Source: Candidatus Omnitrophota bacterium (GTDB taxonomy: Bacteria > Omnitrophota > Gorgyraeia > Zapsychrales > Zapsychraceae). Taken from it: 64,000 bases of DNA. The translations under genes and the position numbers were made by a program. Of the stretch, positions 1-9,382 are shown piece by piece. Position 1 is the stretch's first letter; every line of letters starts with the position of its first letter. A model generated the notes under the pieces. That model was not told where the DNA came from, ran no database searches, and worked only from the letters and a program-made list of their open reading frames with translations. The stretch lies in contig JAJDCA010000051.1 of assembly GCA_029261055.1 (NCBI GenBank), positions 9,082-73,081 on the forward strand, in the 5' to 3' direction.

Positions 1-371
1 TGAGCACATTCTGCTATCCGTTCCGGAGACGCCTGATCTGTTAGACGATCAAACTCACGCGACTTACTAATATTCCAATTCTGACAAAACTTGCATCCTA
101 AATTACATCCGGCCGTCCCAAATGACAACACACTCGTCCCTGGATAAAAATGATTTAAGGGTTTTTTCTCAATGGGATCAATACAAAATCCACTGCTACG
201 TCCATACGTCGTCAAGACCATACGCCCACCAACATTTTGCCGTACAAAACAAAATCCCCGCTGTCCTTCTTTCAAAGAACAATAGCGGGGACATAATAGG
301 CAGCGAATCTTGCTGCCATCCGACTTCTCCCAAAAACGTCCGGGAAACTCATGATCATTGTGAGCCAACAT
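1..371 (-). CDS. Radical SAM enzyme, 5' part only (AmmeMemoRadiSam-system / PFL-activase-like); the 3' end runs off the window's left edge
   Basis: Reverse-complement translation from the ATG at 371..369 gives MLAHNDHEFPGRFWEKSDGSKIRCLLCPRYCSLKEGQRGFCFVRQNVGGRMVLTTYGRSSGFCIDPIEKKPLNHFYPGTSVLSFGTAGCNLGCKFCQNWNIS. This contains the CxxxCxxC radical-SAM cluster motif and N-terminal features typical of AmrS-type enzymes. It is absent from the ORF track because its stop lies outside the window. Confidence 0.55.
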   Translation of the reverse strand, partial: MLAHNDHEFPGRFWEKSDGSKIRCLLCPRYCSLKEGQRGFCFVRQNVGGRMVLTTYGRSSGFCIDPIEKKPLNHFYPGTSVLSFGTAGCNLGCKFCQNWNISKSREFDRLTDQASPERIAECA

Positions 372-373
372 TT

Positions 374-1762
374 TTATTCCAAAACGGATAACATCTCGTC
401 TAAACTGACAAATTTTTCTCGCGACTTTCCGGATTCTTGACCACGTGCGATTTCAGCCGCATCGATTTTTTTCCATTCTTCGAAAGAGATAAAACGAACA
501 TTTAACTCTTTCAAAAGACCAATAATGGCTTCGTCGCTTGGATTTTTGCAAGGGTTAAGATCGCTCATATCTTCCAGGAGGTGCTTAACCGTTTCTTCAC
601 TATCCGGCTTGTTGGTACCGATCACACCCGACGGGCCACGCTTGATCCAACCAGCCGTGTACAAACCCGGAAAAATATGTTCACTGTCGGCGACACGCCC
701 TTCTTGATTAGGAATGATGCCCCATTGATCATGAAATGGCAGGCCTTTGATAGGAATACCGCGATAACCGATACTACGAAATAAAAGACCACATTTAAGC
801 TCTTCTTTCTCGCCGGTGCCGCGGGATTTCTGCTGGCCAGGCTCACCGATCAATTCATTACGCTCTAAATAAACTTTCCCTAATTTATTGGAAGACTTCT
901 CCAGCGGATACATCGCCGCAGGACTTCTACGGAATTGAACAAAAAGTTTCTTTTGTTTATTGCCTTGCGGCACGCTAACAAAACCTTTAAGAATATCAAA
1001 ATTTTTCTTTTTTGCGGCATTGCTTGTATCTTCCAATTCTGTCTGACTTGCATAATTTAATTCCAATTCTTTAGGATCCACAGCTGGCACACAATCCTCC
1101 AACTCACCAAACTCCTTAATTTCTGATGACGAAAAAGCGGCTTGCGCAGGACCTCGCCGTCCAATAATGTGCACTTCTTTAATTTTACTCTCCGCCAAGG
1201 CATCCAAGGCATGCTGAGCAATGTCTGTCTTCTTTAATTCATCAATCGTTTTACACAAAATACGCGCCACATCCATCGCCACATTTCCCTGACCGATCAC
1301 CGCAACGGATTCACATGACAAATCAAATTGACGATCCCGATAATCTGGATGCCCATTGTACCAGGCCACAAACTCCGTCGCTGTATGGCTACCGACTAAA
1401 TCTTCACCTTCAATACCTAATTTACGATCTGCTTCTGCACCGGAAGTAAAAATAACAGCATCATAAAATTTACGTAATTGATGAATGGTTAAATCTTTAC
1501 CGATTTCAACATTTCCAAAAAATGAAAACCCTTCTCTGGCTGCTATCTTTTCATACACCTTTGTAACATTTTTAATTTTATCATGATCCGGGGCAACACC
1601 GTAACGTACCAGGCCGTAAGGGGCTGGTAGACGTTCAAACATCCCGACAATAACATTATTTTCAGATTTAAATAAAGATTCGGCCGCATAAAATCCACTC
1701 GGGCCGCTGCCGACAATGGCAACTCTTAAAGGTCTTTGGTTGGTTCCTAATTCATTAGGCAT
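374..1762 (-). CDS. fprA: FprA-type NADPH:ferredoxin (adrenodoxin) reductase, FAD/NAD(P)-binding
   Basis: GSGPSGFY dinucleotide-binding motif; GVAPDH, WYNGHP and GWIKRGPSGVIGTNK blocks match the mycobacterial FprA / adrenodoxin-reductase family. The start was moved to the MPNELG ATG (1762), which is preceded by AAGGAG. The annotated longer ORF start at 1813 is unlikely. Confidence 0.75.
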   Translation of the reverse strand: MPNELGTNQRPLRVAIVGSGPSGFYAAESLFKSENNVIVGMFERLPAPYGLVRYGVAPDHDKIKNVTKVYEKIAAREGFSFFGNVEIGKDLTIHQLRKFYDAVIFTSGAEADRKLGIEGEDLVGSHTATEFVAWYNGHPDYRDRQFDLSCESVAVIGQGNVAMDVARILCKTIDELKKTDIAQHALDALAESKIKEVHIIGRRGPAQAAFSSSEIKEFGELEDCVPAVDPKELELNYASQTELEDTSNAAKKKNFDILKGFVSVPQGNKQKKLFVQFRRSPAAMYPLEKSSNKLGKVYLERNELIGEPGQQKSRGTGEKEELKCGLLFRSIGYRGIPIKGLPFHDQWGIIPNQEGRVADSEHIFPGLYTAGWIKRGPSGVIGTNKPDSEETVKHLLEDMSDLNPCKNPSDEAIIGLLKELNVRFISFEEWKKIDAAEIARGQESGKSREKFVSLDEMLSVLE

Positions 1763-1904
1763 GAAATAATTCTCCTTAATATTTGTACATAAAATTTCAA
1801 AATTTACTCTCAAGCGGCGTTTATGATTACATCAGTTAATATTATTGTCAAGATTTTTCCTCAATTATCCTTGACTTTAGACAATGTTTTGTTAACCTGT
1901 TTTT

Positions 1905-3041
1905 ATGATTATCGGCGTCCCCAAAGAAATCCATCCCGGTGAAACACGCACGGCTTTCATCCCCGCTTCTATTGAACGATTAGTAAAAAAAGGTGCAGAA
2001 ATTTCTGTTGAATCCGGCCTTGGATCAACAATCGGCATCTCCGATGAGGAATACACAAAGGTCGGAGCAAAAATTTGTGACCGCAGCACCATTTTATCTT
2101 CTTCTGATATTGTCTTACGTCTGCGAAAACCTCCCCAAGAAGAAATTGCTCAACTTAAAAAAGGTGCTATCCACGTCAGTTTTCTTGATCCGTTTAACGA
2201 ATCTTCCCTAATAGAGGAATTTGCAAAAAATCAAATCAGCGCTATCAGTATGGAAATGATTCCACGTTCGACGATTGCCCAAAAAATGGATGCCCTAAGC
2301 TCTCAAGCTAATTTAGCCGGATATGTCACGGTTATCCTGGCGGCAGAACGTATTAATAAAATTTTACCCATGATGATGACACCATCCGGAACTATTGCGC
2401 CAGCGCACGTATTTATTATCGGTGTCGGTGTGGCTGGTCTTCAGGCCATTGCCACGGCTAAACGTCTCGGTGCCCGTGTAGAAGCCTTTGATACACGCCC
2501 GGTCGTAGAAGAACAAGTCCAATCTCTCGGTGCTAAATTTATCAAGATTGATCTTGGCGAAACCGGTCAAACCAAAGACGGTTATGCCAAAGCCTTAACG
2601 CCAGAACAAATCAAAATACAGCAAGACGGTATGGCTAAGGTGTGTGCTAAGGCAGATATTGTCATTACAACCGCTCAATTATTCGGCCGCAAGGCTCCGG
2701 TTATTGTCACACACGATATGATCGCCCAAATGAAACCGGGCAGCGTAATTGTCGACATGGCTGTTGAATCCGGTGGTAATGTGGAAGGCTCTAAGGTTAA
2801 TGAAGAAGTTGATGTTAATGGTGTTAAAATTCTCGGCCTGGGCAACTTACCCGGTCATGTGGCTGCCCCGGCGAGCCAGATGTATTCCAGCAATCTAACG
2901 AACTTTATTGAATCATTCTGGGATGCCGAAGCCAAAACATTTAACCTCAAACTTGAAGATGACATCATCAAAGGCTGCCTCATCACTCATAATGGGGAAG
3001 TCGTGAATGAAACTATTAAGAATTTAGCACAAAAAGGATAA
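1905..3041 (+). CDS. pntAA: NAD(P) transhydrogenase subunit alpha part 1 (dI, NAD(H)-binding)
   Basis: Alanine-dehydrogenase/PNT N- and C-domains with a GVGVAGLQA Rossmann motif. First gene of a three-gene split pnt operon. Confidence 0.85.
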   Translation: MIIGVPKEIHPGETRTAFIPASIERLVKKGAEISVESGLGSTIGISDEEYTKVGAKICDRSTILSSSDIVLRLRKPPQEEIAQLKKGAIHVSFLDPFNESSLIEEFAKNQISAISMEMIPRSTIAQKMDALSSQANLAGYVTVILAAERINKILPMMMTPSGTIAPAHVFIIGVGVAGLQAIATAKRLGARVEAFDTRPVVEEQVQSLGAKFIKIDLGETGQTKDGYAKALTPEQIKIQQDGMAKVCAKADIVITTAQLFGRKAPVIVTHDMIAQMKPGSVIVDMAVESGGNVEGSKVNEEVDVNGVKILGLGNLPGHVAAPASQMYSSNLTNFIESFWDAEAKTFNLKLEDDIIKGCLITHNGEVVNETIKNLAQKG

Positions 3042-3045
3042 ACTG

Positions 3046-3348
3046 ATGGATCCTCAAATACTCGTCTTTCTCTTCTTTATTTTAGCCCTTTCTATTTTTC
3101 TCGGTTTTGAACTTATTTCTAAAGTACCGGCAACGCTTCACACGCCCCTTATGTCCGGGGCTAACGCCATATCCGGCATTACACTTGTAGGAGCCATACT
3201 TTCTGCTGGTGGCAAAGGAAATAATATCAGCATTTTACTCGGAACTCTTGCCGTGGGTTTTGCCACAATTAATGTTATTGGAGGTTATTTGGTAACGGAC
3301 CGGATGTTAGCTATGTTTAAGAAAAAAGAAAGTGGAGATAAAAAGTGA
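3046..3348 (+). CDS. pntAB: NAD(P) transhydrogenase subunit alpha part 2 (membrane dII segment)
   Basis: 100-aa hydrophobic protein with three TM helices between pntAA and pntB. AAGGA ribosome-binding site upstream; its stop overlaps the pntB GTG start (GTGA). Confidence 0.8.
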   Translation: MDPQILVFLFFILALSIFLGFELISKVPATLHTPLMSGANAISGITLVGAILSAGGKGNNISILLGTLAVGFATINVIGGYLVTDRMLAMFKKKESGDKK

Positions 3349-4715
3349 ATTTAGAATTAATCATTAACCTTTCCTACATTGTTTCAGCCGCTTTATTTAT
3401 TTTCGGTTTAAAAATGCTCAGCTCCCCAGCTTCTGCGCGTAAAGGTAACATGCTTTCCGCCTTAGGCATGCTTTTAGCTGTTGTTGCGACACTTCTCACA
3501 CAGGGATTGGCCTTTAAATGGATCATCATCGGTGTGGCTGTGGGTGGTATTTTAGGTATTCTTTCGGCACGATTAATCGCCATGACCGCGATGCCTGAAA
3601 TGGTGGCGCTCTTAAACGGCTCCGGTGGTATTGCGAGTTTACTTGTCGGCTGGGCGGTGTACCATTTTCAACCAGCATCTTCGGTTCTCACAACTTTCAC
3701 TATTTTTCTTTCTGTCCTCATCGGCGGCGTCACATTTACCGGAAGTCTTATTGCCTGGGCTAAATTAAGTGAAAAATTACCTGGTAAGCCGATTATGTAT
3801 CCCGGCCAAAAGATTGTTAATGTTCTCATTTTAGTGGCCATTATTGCCGGCGGCATCATCTATTGCATGAATCCAGCCGCTAATTATTCCATATTTCTTG
3901 GCATTGTCGGATTATCCTTAATTTTAGGCATCCTTGTCGTCATTCCTATTGGGGGCGCAGATATGCCGGTGGTCATCTCTCTGTTAAATAGTTATTCCGG
4001 TTTAGCTGCATGTGCTGCAGGGTTTGTTATTCAAAATAATATCCTCATTGTCGCCGGTTCTCTTGTAGGCGCCAGTGGCATTATCCTAACTCAAATCATG
4101 TGTAAAGCCATGAACCGTTCTTTAGGCAATGTACTTTTCAGTGGATTTGGTTCTACCGTGCAAAAACAATCTGCAGATGTTGAAGGCGAAGTCAAACCGA
4201 TTGTTGTGGCAGATGCCTACTTCATATTAGAAGCTGCACGCTCTGTTACATTTGTCCCAGGTTACGGTATGGCCGTGGCCCAAGCCCAACACGCCGTACG
4301 CGAGTTAGGTGAAATCTTAGAAGCTAACGGCGCTGAAGTTACTTACGCTATTCATCCTGTGGCTGGACGTATGCCCGGACATATGAATGTTCTTCTGGCT
4401 GAAGCAAACGTTCCTTATGACCAATTGATTGAAATGGATGACATTAATCCTATCATTGAAACTGTAGATGTGGCCGTTGTGATCGGCGCCAACGATGTCG
4501 TCAACCCTGCTGCCCGTCATGATGAAGCCAGCCCTATTTACGGCATGCCCATCATCAATGTCGACAAAGCCAAAACCGTCTTTGTCCTCAAACGCTCCAT
4601 GAACACCGGCTTTGCTGGCGTTCAGAATGAACTCTTCTACTACGACAACACCCGCATGCTCTTCGGCGATGCCAAACAATCCATCCAAGGATTGGTCGCT
4701 GAATTCAAAAACTAA
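3345..4715 (+). CDS. pntB: NAD(P) transhydrogenase subunit beta
   Basis: N-terminal multi-TM region followed by a C-terminal NADP(H)-binding dIII domain (GYGMAVAQAQH...PVAGRMPGHMNVLLAEA). GTG start with a GGAGA ribosome-binding site. Confidence 0.85.
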   Translation: MNLELIINLSYIVSAALFIFGLKMLSSPASARKGNMLSALGMLLAVVATLLTQGLAFKWIIIGVAVGGILGILSARLIAMTAMPEMVALLNGSGGIASLLVGWAVYHFQPASSVLTTFTIFLSVLIGGVTFTGSLIAWAKLSEKLPGKPIMYPGQKIVNVLILVAIIAGGIIYCMNPAANYSIFLGIVGLSLILGILVVIPIGGADMPVVISLLNSYSGLAACAAGFVIQNNILIVAGSLVGASGIILTQIMCKAMNRSLGNVLFSGFGSTVQKQSADVEGEVKPIVVADAYFILEAARSVTFVPGYGMAVAQAQHAVRELGEILEANGAEVTYAIHPVAGRMPGHMNVLLAEANVPYDQLIEMDDINPIIETVDVAVVIGANDVVNPAARHDEASPIYGMPIINVDKAKTVFVLKRSMNTGFAGVQNELFYYDNTRMLFGDAKQSIQGLVAEFKN

Positions 4716-4768
4716 CCCATAAATAATACTACTTTCACTAAATAATTTACTCAGCCAGATAATTCTGT

Positions 4769-4818
4769 AAAAAATCCAGGCTCACAGGCTCCGCGGAGCC
4801 TGTGAGCCTGGATTTTTT
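4769..4818. terminator. Bidirectional intrinsic terminator between convergent pntB and the PilZ gene
   Basis: Perfect 16-bp stem CCAGGCTCACAGGCTC / GAGCCTGTGAGCCTGG with a CGCG loop, flanked by an A7 run on one side and a T6 run on the other. Confidence 0.65.
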
Positions 4819-4865
4819 ACAGAAAAACCCCTTGATAAAATTTTCTTATCAAAAGCTCACAAACT

Positions 4866-5246
4866 TCAATACTTTTTACGCGAAGATATTTTTTTGATGG
4901 TACGTTTGATACTACGCTTGACGGTAATGGGGCGGGATTTCTTTTCGATGAATTTAACAGCAACGACACAAGGAGAACCTGTTCGTTTACGGTCAATGCG
5001 GACAACTTGAGTGTATCCCTTAAATATTTCTAATATGCCGGACATCACCACGCGGATTTCTAACTTATCCTTAATTTTGAACTCAAGATCAGTATGAAAA
5101 GTCAAACCACTAACACTCATGTCTTGCGTAGTGGATAAATACCAGGCGACATCGGCCTTTCGCGTATCGCATAACCGATACTGCACACTTAATACACGCT
5201 TGGCTCTTGGAAATTCTCGTTGATCTTTACTAACTTTTTTAATCAT
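4866..5246 (-). CDS. PilZ-domain protein (c-di-GMP receptor)
   Basis: RxxxR (REFPRAKR) and D/NxSxxG (DMSVSGL) signature spacing of PilZ domains; small stand-alone protein. Confidence 0.55.
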   Translation of the reverse strand: MIKKVSKDQREFPRAKRVLSVQYRLCDTRKADVAWYLSTTQDMSVSGLTFHTDLEFKIKDKLEIRVVMSGILEIFKGYTQVVRIDRKRTGSPCVVAVKFIEKKSRPITVKRSIKRTIKKISSRKKY

Positions 5247-5261
5247 GATATTTCTTAAATT

Positions 5262-5357
5262 AAACCGCCTTCGGCGGCGATTTTTGCTTCAGTCATCAGC
5301 CATCAGTCACCAGTAAAAAAATACTGAAGGCTGATAGCTGACGTCTGATGACTAACA
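5262..5357. repeat. Intergenic hairpin repeat element, copy A (GC hairpin plus long imperfect CAGTCATCAG / CTGATGACTG hairpin)
   Basis: CCGCCTTCGGCGG stem-loop followed by a T-run, then a roughly 70-nt imperfect inverted repeat around an A7 loop. About 85% identical to copy B at 29768..29876; related hairpins occur at 17095..17147 and 39356..39384. Confidence 0.6.
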
Positions 5358-6458
5358 TTAAATTTCTTTCCAAGGAAGATCAAAAGTTTCCGCCACTTCT
5401 TTGATCATTAAATCTCCCTCAAACATATTAAGCGCTCGCCTTAATGGCTCAATATCTTTGATCGATTTCTCATACCCGTTATTAGCTAACAAAAGAATAT
5501 ACGGAAGCGTGGCATTCGTCAAGGCATAAGTACTGGTTCTCGCTACTGCTCCAGGCATATTCGTCACACAATAATGAACCACATCATCAATCACATACGT
5601 CGGTTCTTCATGAGTCGTGGGACGGCTGGTTTCAAGGGATCCCCCCTGATCAATCGCCACATCTACAATAACCGCACCGTGTTTCATTTGAGAAATAAGA
5701 TTACGATCAATCAAACACGGTGCCTTAGCCCCCCGGATAAGCACGCTACTGATGACTAAATCCGCTTTTAAAACAGCCTCACGAATCGTATGCGTATTAC
5801 TCATTAACGTATGAACATTCGGCGGCATAATTTCGTCCAAATAACGCAAACGATTTAAATTCACATCCATTACCGTAATATTAGCTCCAAGCCCGGCGGC
5901 CATTTTACAGGCATTAGACCCCACCACACCAGCGCCCAATATGACGACGTCTGCAGGTGTTACGCCTGGCACACCACCCAAAATAATACCTCGGCCTTTC
6001 ATAGGCTCTTCTAAATATTTTGCCCCCTCCTGGACGGCCATACGCCCAGCCACTTCACTCATTGGGATGAGACACGGCAACTCGCCATTATCCAATTGAA
6101 GCGTTTCGTAAGCAAAGGCAATGACCTTTTTTTCCAACATCGCCTCAGTCAATTCCCGACTGGCGGCAAAATGAAAATACGTAAAAATAATTTGACCCGG
6201 TTTTAAGAAATCATACTCTTGAGGCTGCGGCTCTTTAATCTTAATGATCATCTCAGCTTGCGCATAAATATCCGTAGCCGCATCTAAAAGCTCTGCCCCA
6301 GCGGATTCAAATTCTGTATCTGTGATTCCACTTCCCTGACCTGCGCTTTTTTCAATTAAAACACGATGCCCTGCCTCTTTCAGCATCTCAACACCCACAG
6401 GAAGAAGCCCTACACGGAACTCATTATTTTTAATTTCTTTGGGAATACCAATAATCAT
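5358..6458 (-). CDS. ald: Alanine dehydrogenase
   Basis: MIIGIPKEIKNNEFRVGLLPVGV... is near-collinear with B. subtilis Ald; Rossmann motif GAGVVGSNA. The start was moved to the MIIGIP ATG at 6458; the annotated N-terminal extension has no homology. Confidence 0.85.
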   Translation of the reverse strand: MIIGIPKEIKNNEFRVGLLPVGVEMLKEAGHRVLIEKSAGQGSGITDTEFESAGAELLDAATDIYAQAEMIIKIKEPQPQEYDFLKPGQIIFTYFHFAASRELTEAMLEKKVIAFAYETLQLDNGELPCLIPMSEVAGRMAVQEGAKYLEEPMKGRGIILGGVPGVTPADVVILGAGVVGSNACKMAAGLGANITVMDVNLNRLRYLDEIMPPNVHTLMSNTHTIREAVLKADLVISSVLIRGAKAPCLIDRNLISQMKHGAVIVDVAIDQGGSLETSRPTTHEEPTYVIDDVVHYCVTNMPGAVARTSTYALTNATLPYILLLANNGYEKSIKDIEPLRRALNMFEGDLMIKEVAETFDLPWKEI

Positions 6459-6465
6459 ATTTTTA

Positions 6466-6520
6466 TCGCTCGTCGCACGTAACACGTGACTCGCGTTTTG
6501 CGAGCGACGCGCCACAAGCG
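6466..6520. terminator. Stem-loop between fumC and ald, a putative terminator or processing site
   Basis: TCGCTCGTCGC...GCGAGCGACG inverted repeat with an internal CACGTAACACGTG palindrome, in the 78-nt gap between two co-directional genes. Confidence 0.3.
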
Positions 6521-6536
6521 ACGAACCACTTTACAA

Positions 6537-7931
6537 TTAATTACTTCGTGGCCCCACCATATTTTCTGGCCGGACAATTTCATTAAACTCATCTTCACTT
6601 AAAAACCCAAGAGAGATGGCAGCTTCCTTTAATGTCGAATTCTCTACATGTGCTTTCTTGGCCACTTTCGCAGCATTGTCATATCCAATATGTGGATTAA
6701 GCGCAGTGACAAGCATTAAAGAATTCTGCAAATTACTTTCAATATTTTTTTGATTCGCTTCGATACCTTCCACACAGTGATCGGTAAAACTCACACATGC
6801 ATCAGAAATCAAACGTATCGACTGCAAAAGATTGTAAATCATCACCGGCTTAAAAACATTCAATTCAAAATTTCCGCTCGCCCCGGAGAAATTAATCGTC
6901 GTATCATTACCCATCACCTGCGCACACACCATAGTCATGGCTTCACACTGTGTGGGATTAACCTTACCCGGCATAATCGAACTACCCGGTTCATTCGCCG
7001 GTAAATTAATTTCACCGATACCACAGCGCGGACCAGAACCGAGCCAACGCACATCATTAGCAATTTTCATCAACGAAGCTGCAATGGTTTTTAATACACC
7101 ACTAAACTCCACAATCGCATCATGCGCAGCAAGCGATTCAAATTTATTTGGGTTAGTAACAAAACTTTGGCCGGATACTTCCGAAATCTTAGCCGCCACT
7201 CTTTCAGCAAATTCCGGATGAGTGTTTAACCCCGTCCCCACAGCTGTTCCCCCTAAAGCTAACTCACGCAACCGAGGCAAAGCGGCTTGAATACGATCCA
7301 AACCATTACTCAATTGCTGCATGTACCCGGAGAATTCATCACCGAGTGTGAGCGGCGTTGCATCCATCAAATGCGTACGACCAATTTTAATAATTTCTCT
7401 AAATTCAGCCGCCTTTCGAGCCAACGCATCTCTTAATTTTTCGATAGAAGGAATTAATGTTCGATGCACTTCTTCAACACTTGCAACATGCATGGCCGTC
7501 GGAAACACATCATTAGACGATTGCGCCTTATTCACATCATCATTCGGATGAATCGGTTCTTTACTCCCCATAGTACCGCCAGTAATCTCGATAGCCCGAT
7601 TAGAAATTACCTCATTCGCATTCATATTCGTCTGCGTGCCACTTCCGGTTTGCCAAACAACCAAAGGAAAATGATTATTGAGTTTTCCTTCAATCACTTC
7701 ATCCGCGGCTTGCACAATCAAATCTGCTTTTTCTTTTGGCAAAGTTTCTAATTCCATGTTTACCAAAGCTGCCGCTTTTTTAATAATCCCTAAAGCCCGC
7801 ACAATTTCCGGAGGAAAGTGTTCGCTCCCAATTTTAAAATTAATCAAAGACCGCGCCGTCTGCGCCCCATAATATTTATTCGTCGGCACTTCAATCTGCC
7901 CCATACTATCTGTTTCTACACGGTGATCCAT
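6537..7931 (-). CDS. fumC: Fumarate hydratase class II
   Basis: [17 protein letters not shown] signature of the class II fumarase/aspartase family; full-length 464 aa. Confidence 0.9.
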   Translation of the reverse strand: MDHRVETDSMGQIEVPTNKYYGAQTARSLINFKIGSEHFPPEIVRALGIIKKAAALVNMELETLPKEKADLIVQAADEVIEGKLNNHFPLVVWQTGSGTQTNMNANEVISNRAIEITGGTMGSKEPIHPNDDVNKAQSSNDVFPTAMHVASVEEVHRTLIPSIEKLRDALARKAAEFREIIKIGRTHLMDATPLTLGDEFSGYMQQLSNGLDRIQAALPRLRELALGGTAVGTGLNTHPEFAERVAAKISEVSGQSFVTNPNKFESLAAHDAIVEFSGVLKTIAASLMKIANDVRWLGSGPRCGIGEINLPANEPGSSIMPGKVNPTQCEAMTMVCAQVMGNDTTINFSGASGNFELNVFKPVMIYNLLQSIRLISDACVSFTDHCVEGIEANQKNIESNLQNSLMLVTALNPHIGYDNAAKVAKKAHVENSTLKEAAISLGFLSEDEFNEIVRPENMVGPRSN

Positions 7932-7953
7932 TGCTCTAACTCCTTGTTAATTT

Positions 7954-8229
7954 TTATTGTCCAAATTTCGGCACTAATTCACCCTCAATGTAACTATGAA
8001 TGATTCCTGAAATTAAAGTTTGATACGGCAGCCCCATTTCCATTGCCTTTTTCTGAATACCAGTGTAATCATGATCATAAAGACGAAGGGTCACCCTTTT
8101 GTCTTTCTTAAACGTATTTCCTGCCGTACTTTTAATATTACGTAGCTCTTTTGCAGAAGGAGCCTGAAACTTTATTTTTCCTTTTTCATAGGCTCCTAGA
8201 ATTTCTTTTTCTTCCTTATCAAATTTCAT
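7954..8229 (-). CDS. brnA: BrnA-family antitoxin (ribbon-helix-helix, COG3514)
   Basis: C-terminal KRVTLRL...GLPYQTLISGIIHSY matches the BrnA RHH pattern (KRVTIRLD...GYQTLIN). Sits 2 nt downstream of brnT in the canonical toxin-first order. Confidence 0.6.
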   Translation of the reverse strand: MKFDKEEKEILGAYEKGKIKFQAPSAKELRNIKSTAGNTFKKDKRVTLRLYDHDYTGIQKKAMEMGLPYQTLISGIIHSYIEGELVPKFGQ

Positions 8230-8230
8230 A

Positions 8231-8509
8231 TTATCCCTCCGTTTCTTTTTTATATTCTTTCGTTGCTTTCCTGCTAGGAATAATTGTTTTCAAAAAAACA
8301 TATTCTTTTTCTTTTTTACACGGCACCAAATAAACATAGTCCGATACTATGACAAAATATATTTTTTGTTTTGGATATCTCTTTTGGTCCGGATGATCTG
8401 CTACCTTCCACACATCGCCTTGCGATAAATGAAAAATTACTTCTTCAAATGAAACTCCTCTTTCATTTTTCAACCATTCATTTTTTTCTGAACTCCATTC
8501 ATACTTCAT
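8231..8509 (-). CDS. brnT: BrnT-family toxin (DUF497 ribonuclease)
   Basis: MKYEWSSEKNEWLKNERGVSFEEV...IIPSRKATKEYKKE matches the DUF497/BrnT consensus (FEWDEEKN..HGVSFEEA...ISARKATKKE). Confidence 0.7.
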   Translation of the reverse strand: MKYEWSSEKNEWLKNERGVSFEEVIFHLSQGDVWKVADHPDQKRYPKQKIYFVIVSDYVYLVPCKKEKEYVFLKTIIPSRKATKEYKKETEG

Positions 8510-8517
8510 ATTTAAGT

Positions 8518-8536
8518 GTACATCATTTGTACATAC
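8518..8536. promoter_or_regulatory. Putative brnTA operator: paired TGTACA palindromes
   Basis: GTGTACATCATTTGTACATAC lies immediately upstream of the brnT start, where antitoxin autoregulatory sites usually sit. Confidence 0.35.
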
Positions 8537-8581
8537 ATTTCAAGGGGTTTGATTTTACGAAAATTTTTTCAATGAATACAA

Positions 8582-9325
8582 CTATTTCCTCTCTGCCATA
8601 GCCTTAAAAATATCAATCGGAATGGGGAATAGCGTGGTGGTATTGTTTTCGCTGCCGATTTCAACCAGGGTTTGGAGATAACGTAATTGAAGAGACATCG
8701 GGCTTTTTTGCATCAAATCAGCCGCCTGGCAAATTTTCTCAGCTGCTTGAAATTCACCCTCGGCCGCAATAATTTTGGCACGACGTTCACGTTCAGCCTC
8801 AGCTTGACGGGCCATGGCCCGGCGGAGATCCTCAGTAATATCTACATGTTTAAGTTCCACATTAGACACCTTAATCCCCCATGGATCTGTTTGTTTATCT
8901 AAAATAGTCTGCAAACTTTCATTAATTTTTTCCCGTTGACTCAAAAGCTCATCTAATTCCATCTCGCCAAGTACACTTCGTAAAGTAGTCTGGGCCATTT
9001 GAGATGTCGCGTATTGATAATTTTGAACTTCAATCGTGGCCTTTACCGGATCCATCACTCTAAAATAAGCTACCGCATTAACCTTCGCTGAAACATTATC
9101 TTTAGTAATAACGTCTTGCGGCGGCACATCGAGTGTTACCACACGCAAACTCACAATAACCGCCCGATCAATGGGCCAGAGGGCTAAAATGATGCCCGGT
9201 CCTTTTGTTGCAGGCAACACACGCCCTAAACGAAAAATAACAGCACGCTCATATTCATTCAGAATTTTTACACTCTGAAATAACCATACTACAAAAAATC
9301 CGAAAACTATCATTCCAATATGCAT
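8582..9325 (-). CDS. SPFH/band-7 (stomatin-like) membrane protein
   Basis: N-terminal TM helix, SPFH core and a C-terminal coiled coil ([17 protein letters not shown]). AAAGGAGAAAT ribosome-binding site. Downstream partner of NfeD. Confidence 0.8.
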   Translation of the reverse strand: MHIGMIVFGFFVVWLFQSVKILNEYERAVIFRLGRVLPATKGPGIILALWPIDRAVIVSLRVVTLDVPPQDVITKDNVSAKVNAVAYFRVMDPVKATIEVQNYQYATSQMAQTTLRSVLGEMELDELLSQREKINESLQTILDKQTDPWGIKVSNVELKHVDITEDLRRAMARQAEAERERRAKIIAAEGEFQAAEKICQAADLMQKSPMSLQLRYLQTLVEIGSENNTTTLFPIPIDIFKAMAERK

Positions 9326-9357
9326 TTTATTTCTCCTTTATCTTTGCCAATTCGTAC

Positions 9358-9377
9358 GGGCGGTTCGCGAACCGCCC
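9358..9377. other. Perfect 20-nt palindrome (GGGCGGTTCG/CGAACCGCCC) in the nfeD-stomatin intergenic gap
   Basis: Seen directly in the sequence. It is not followed by a U-run on the transcribed strand, so it is more likely an intra-operon RNA structure than a terminator. Confidence 0.4.
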
Positions 9378-9382
9378 CTACA

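Noticed and set aside
122-391. 89-aa plus-strand ORF from the track
   Set aside because: It lies antisense to the well-supported radical-SAM and fprA coding sequence and has no motif or ribosome-binding site. It is spurious.
4317-4688. 123-aa minus-strand ORF within pntB
   Set aside because: Antisense to a strongly supported transhydrogenase beta gene; no support.
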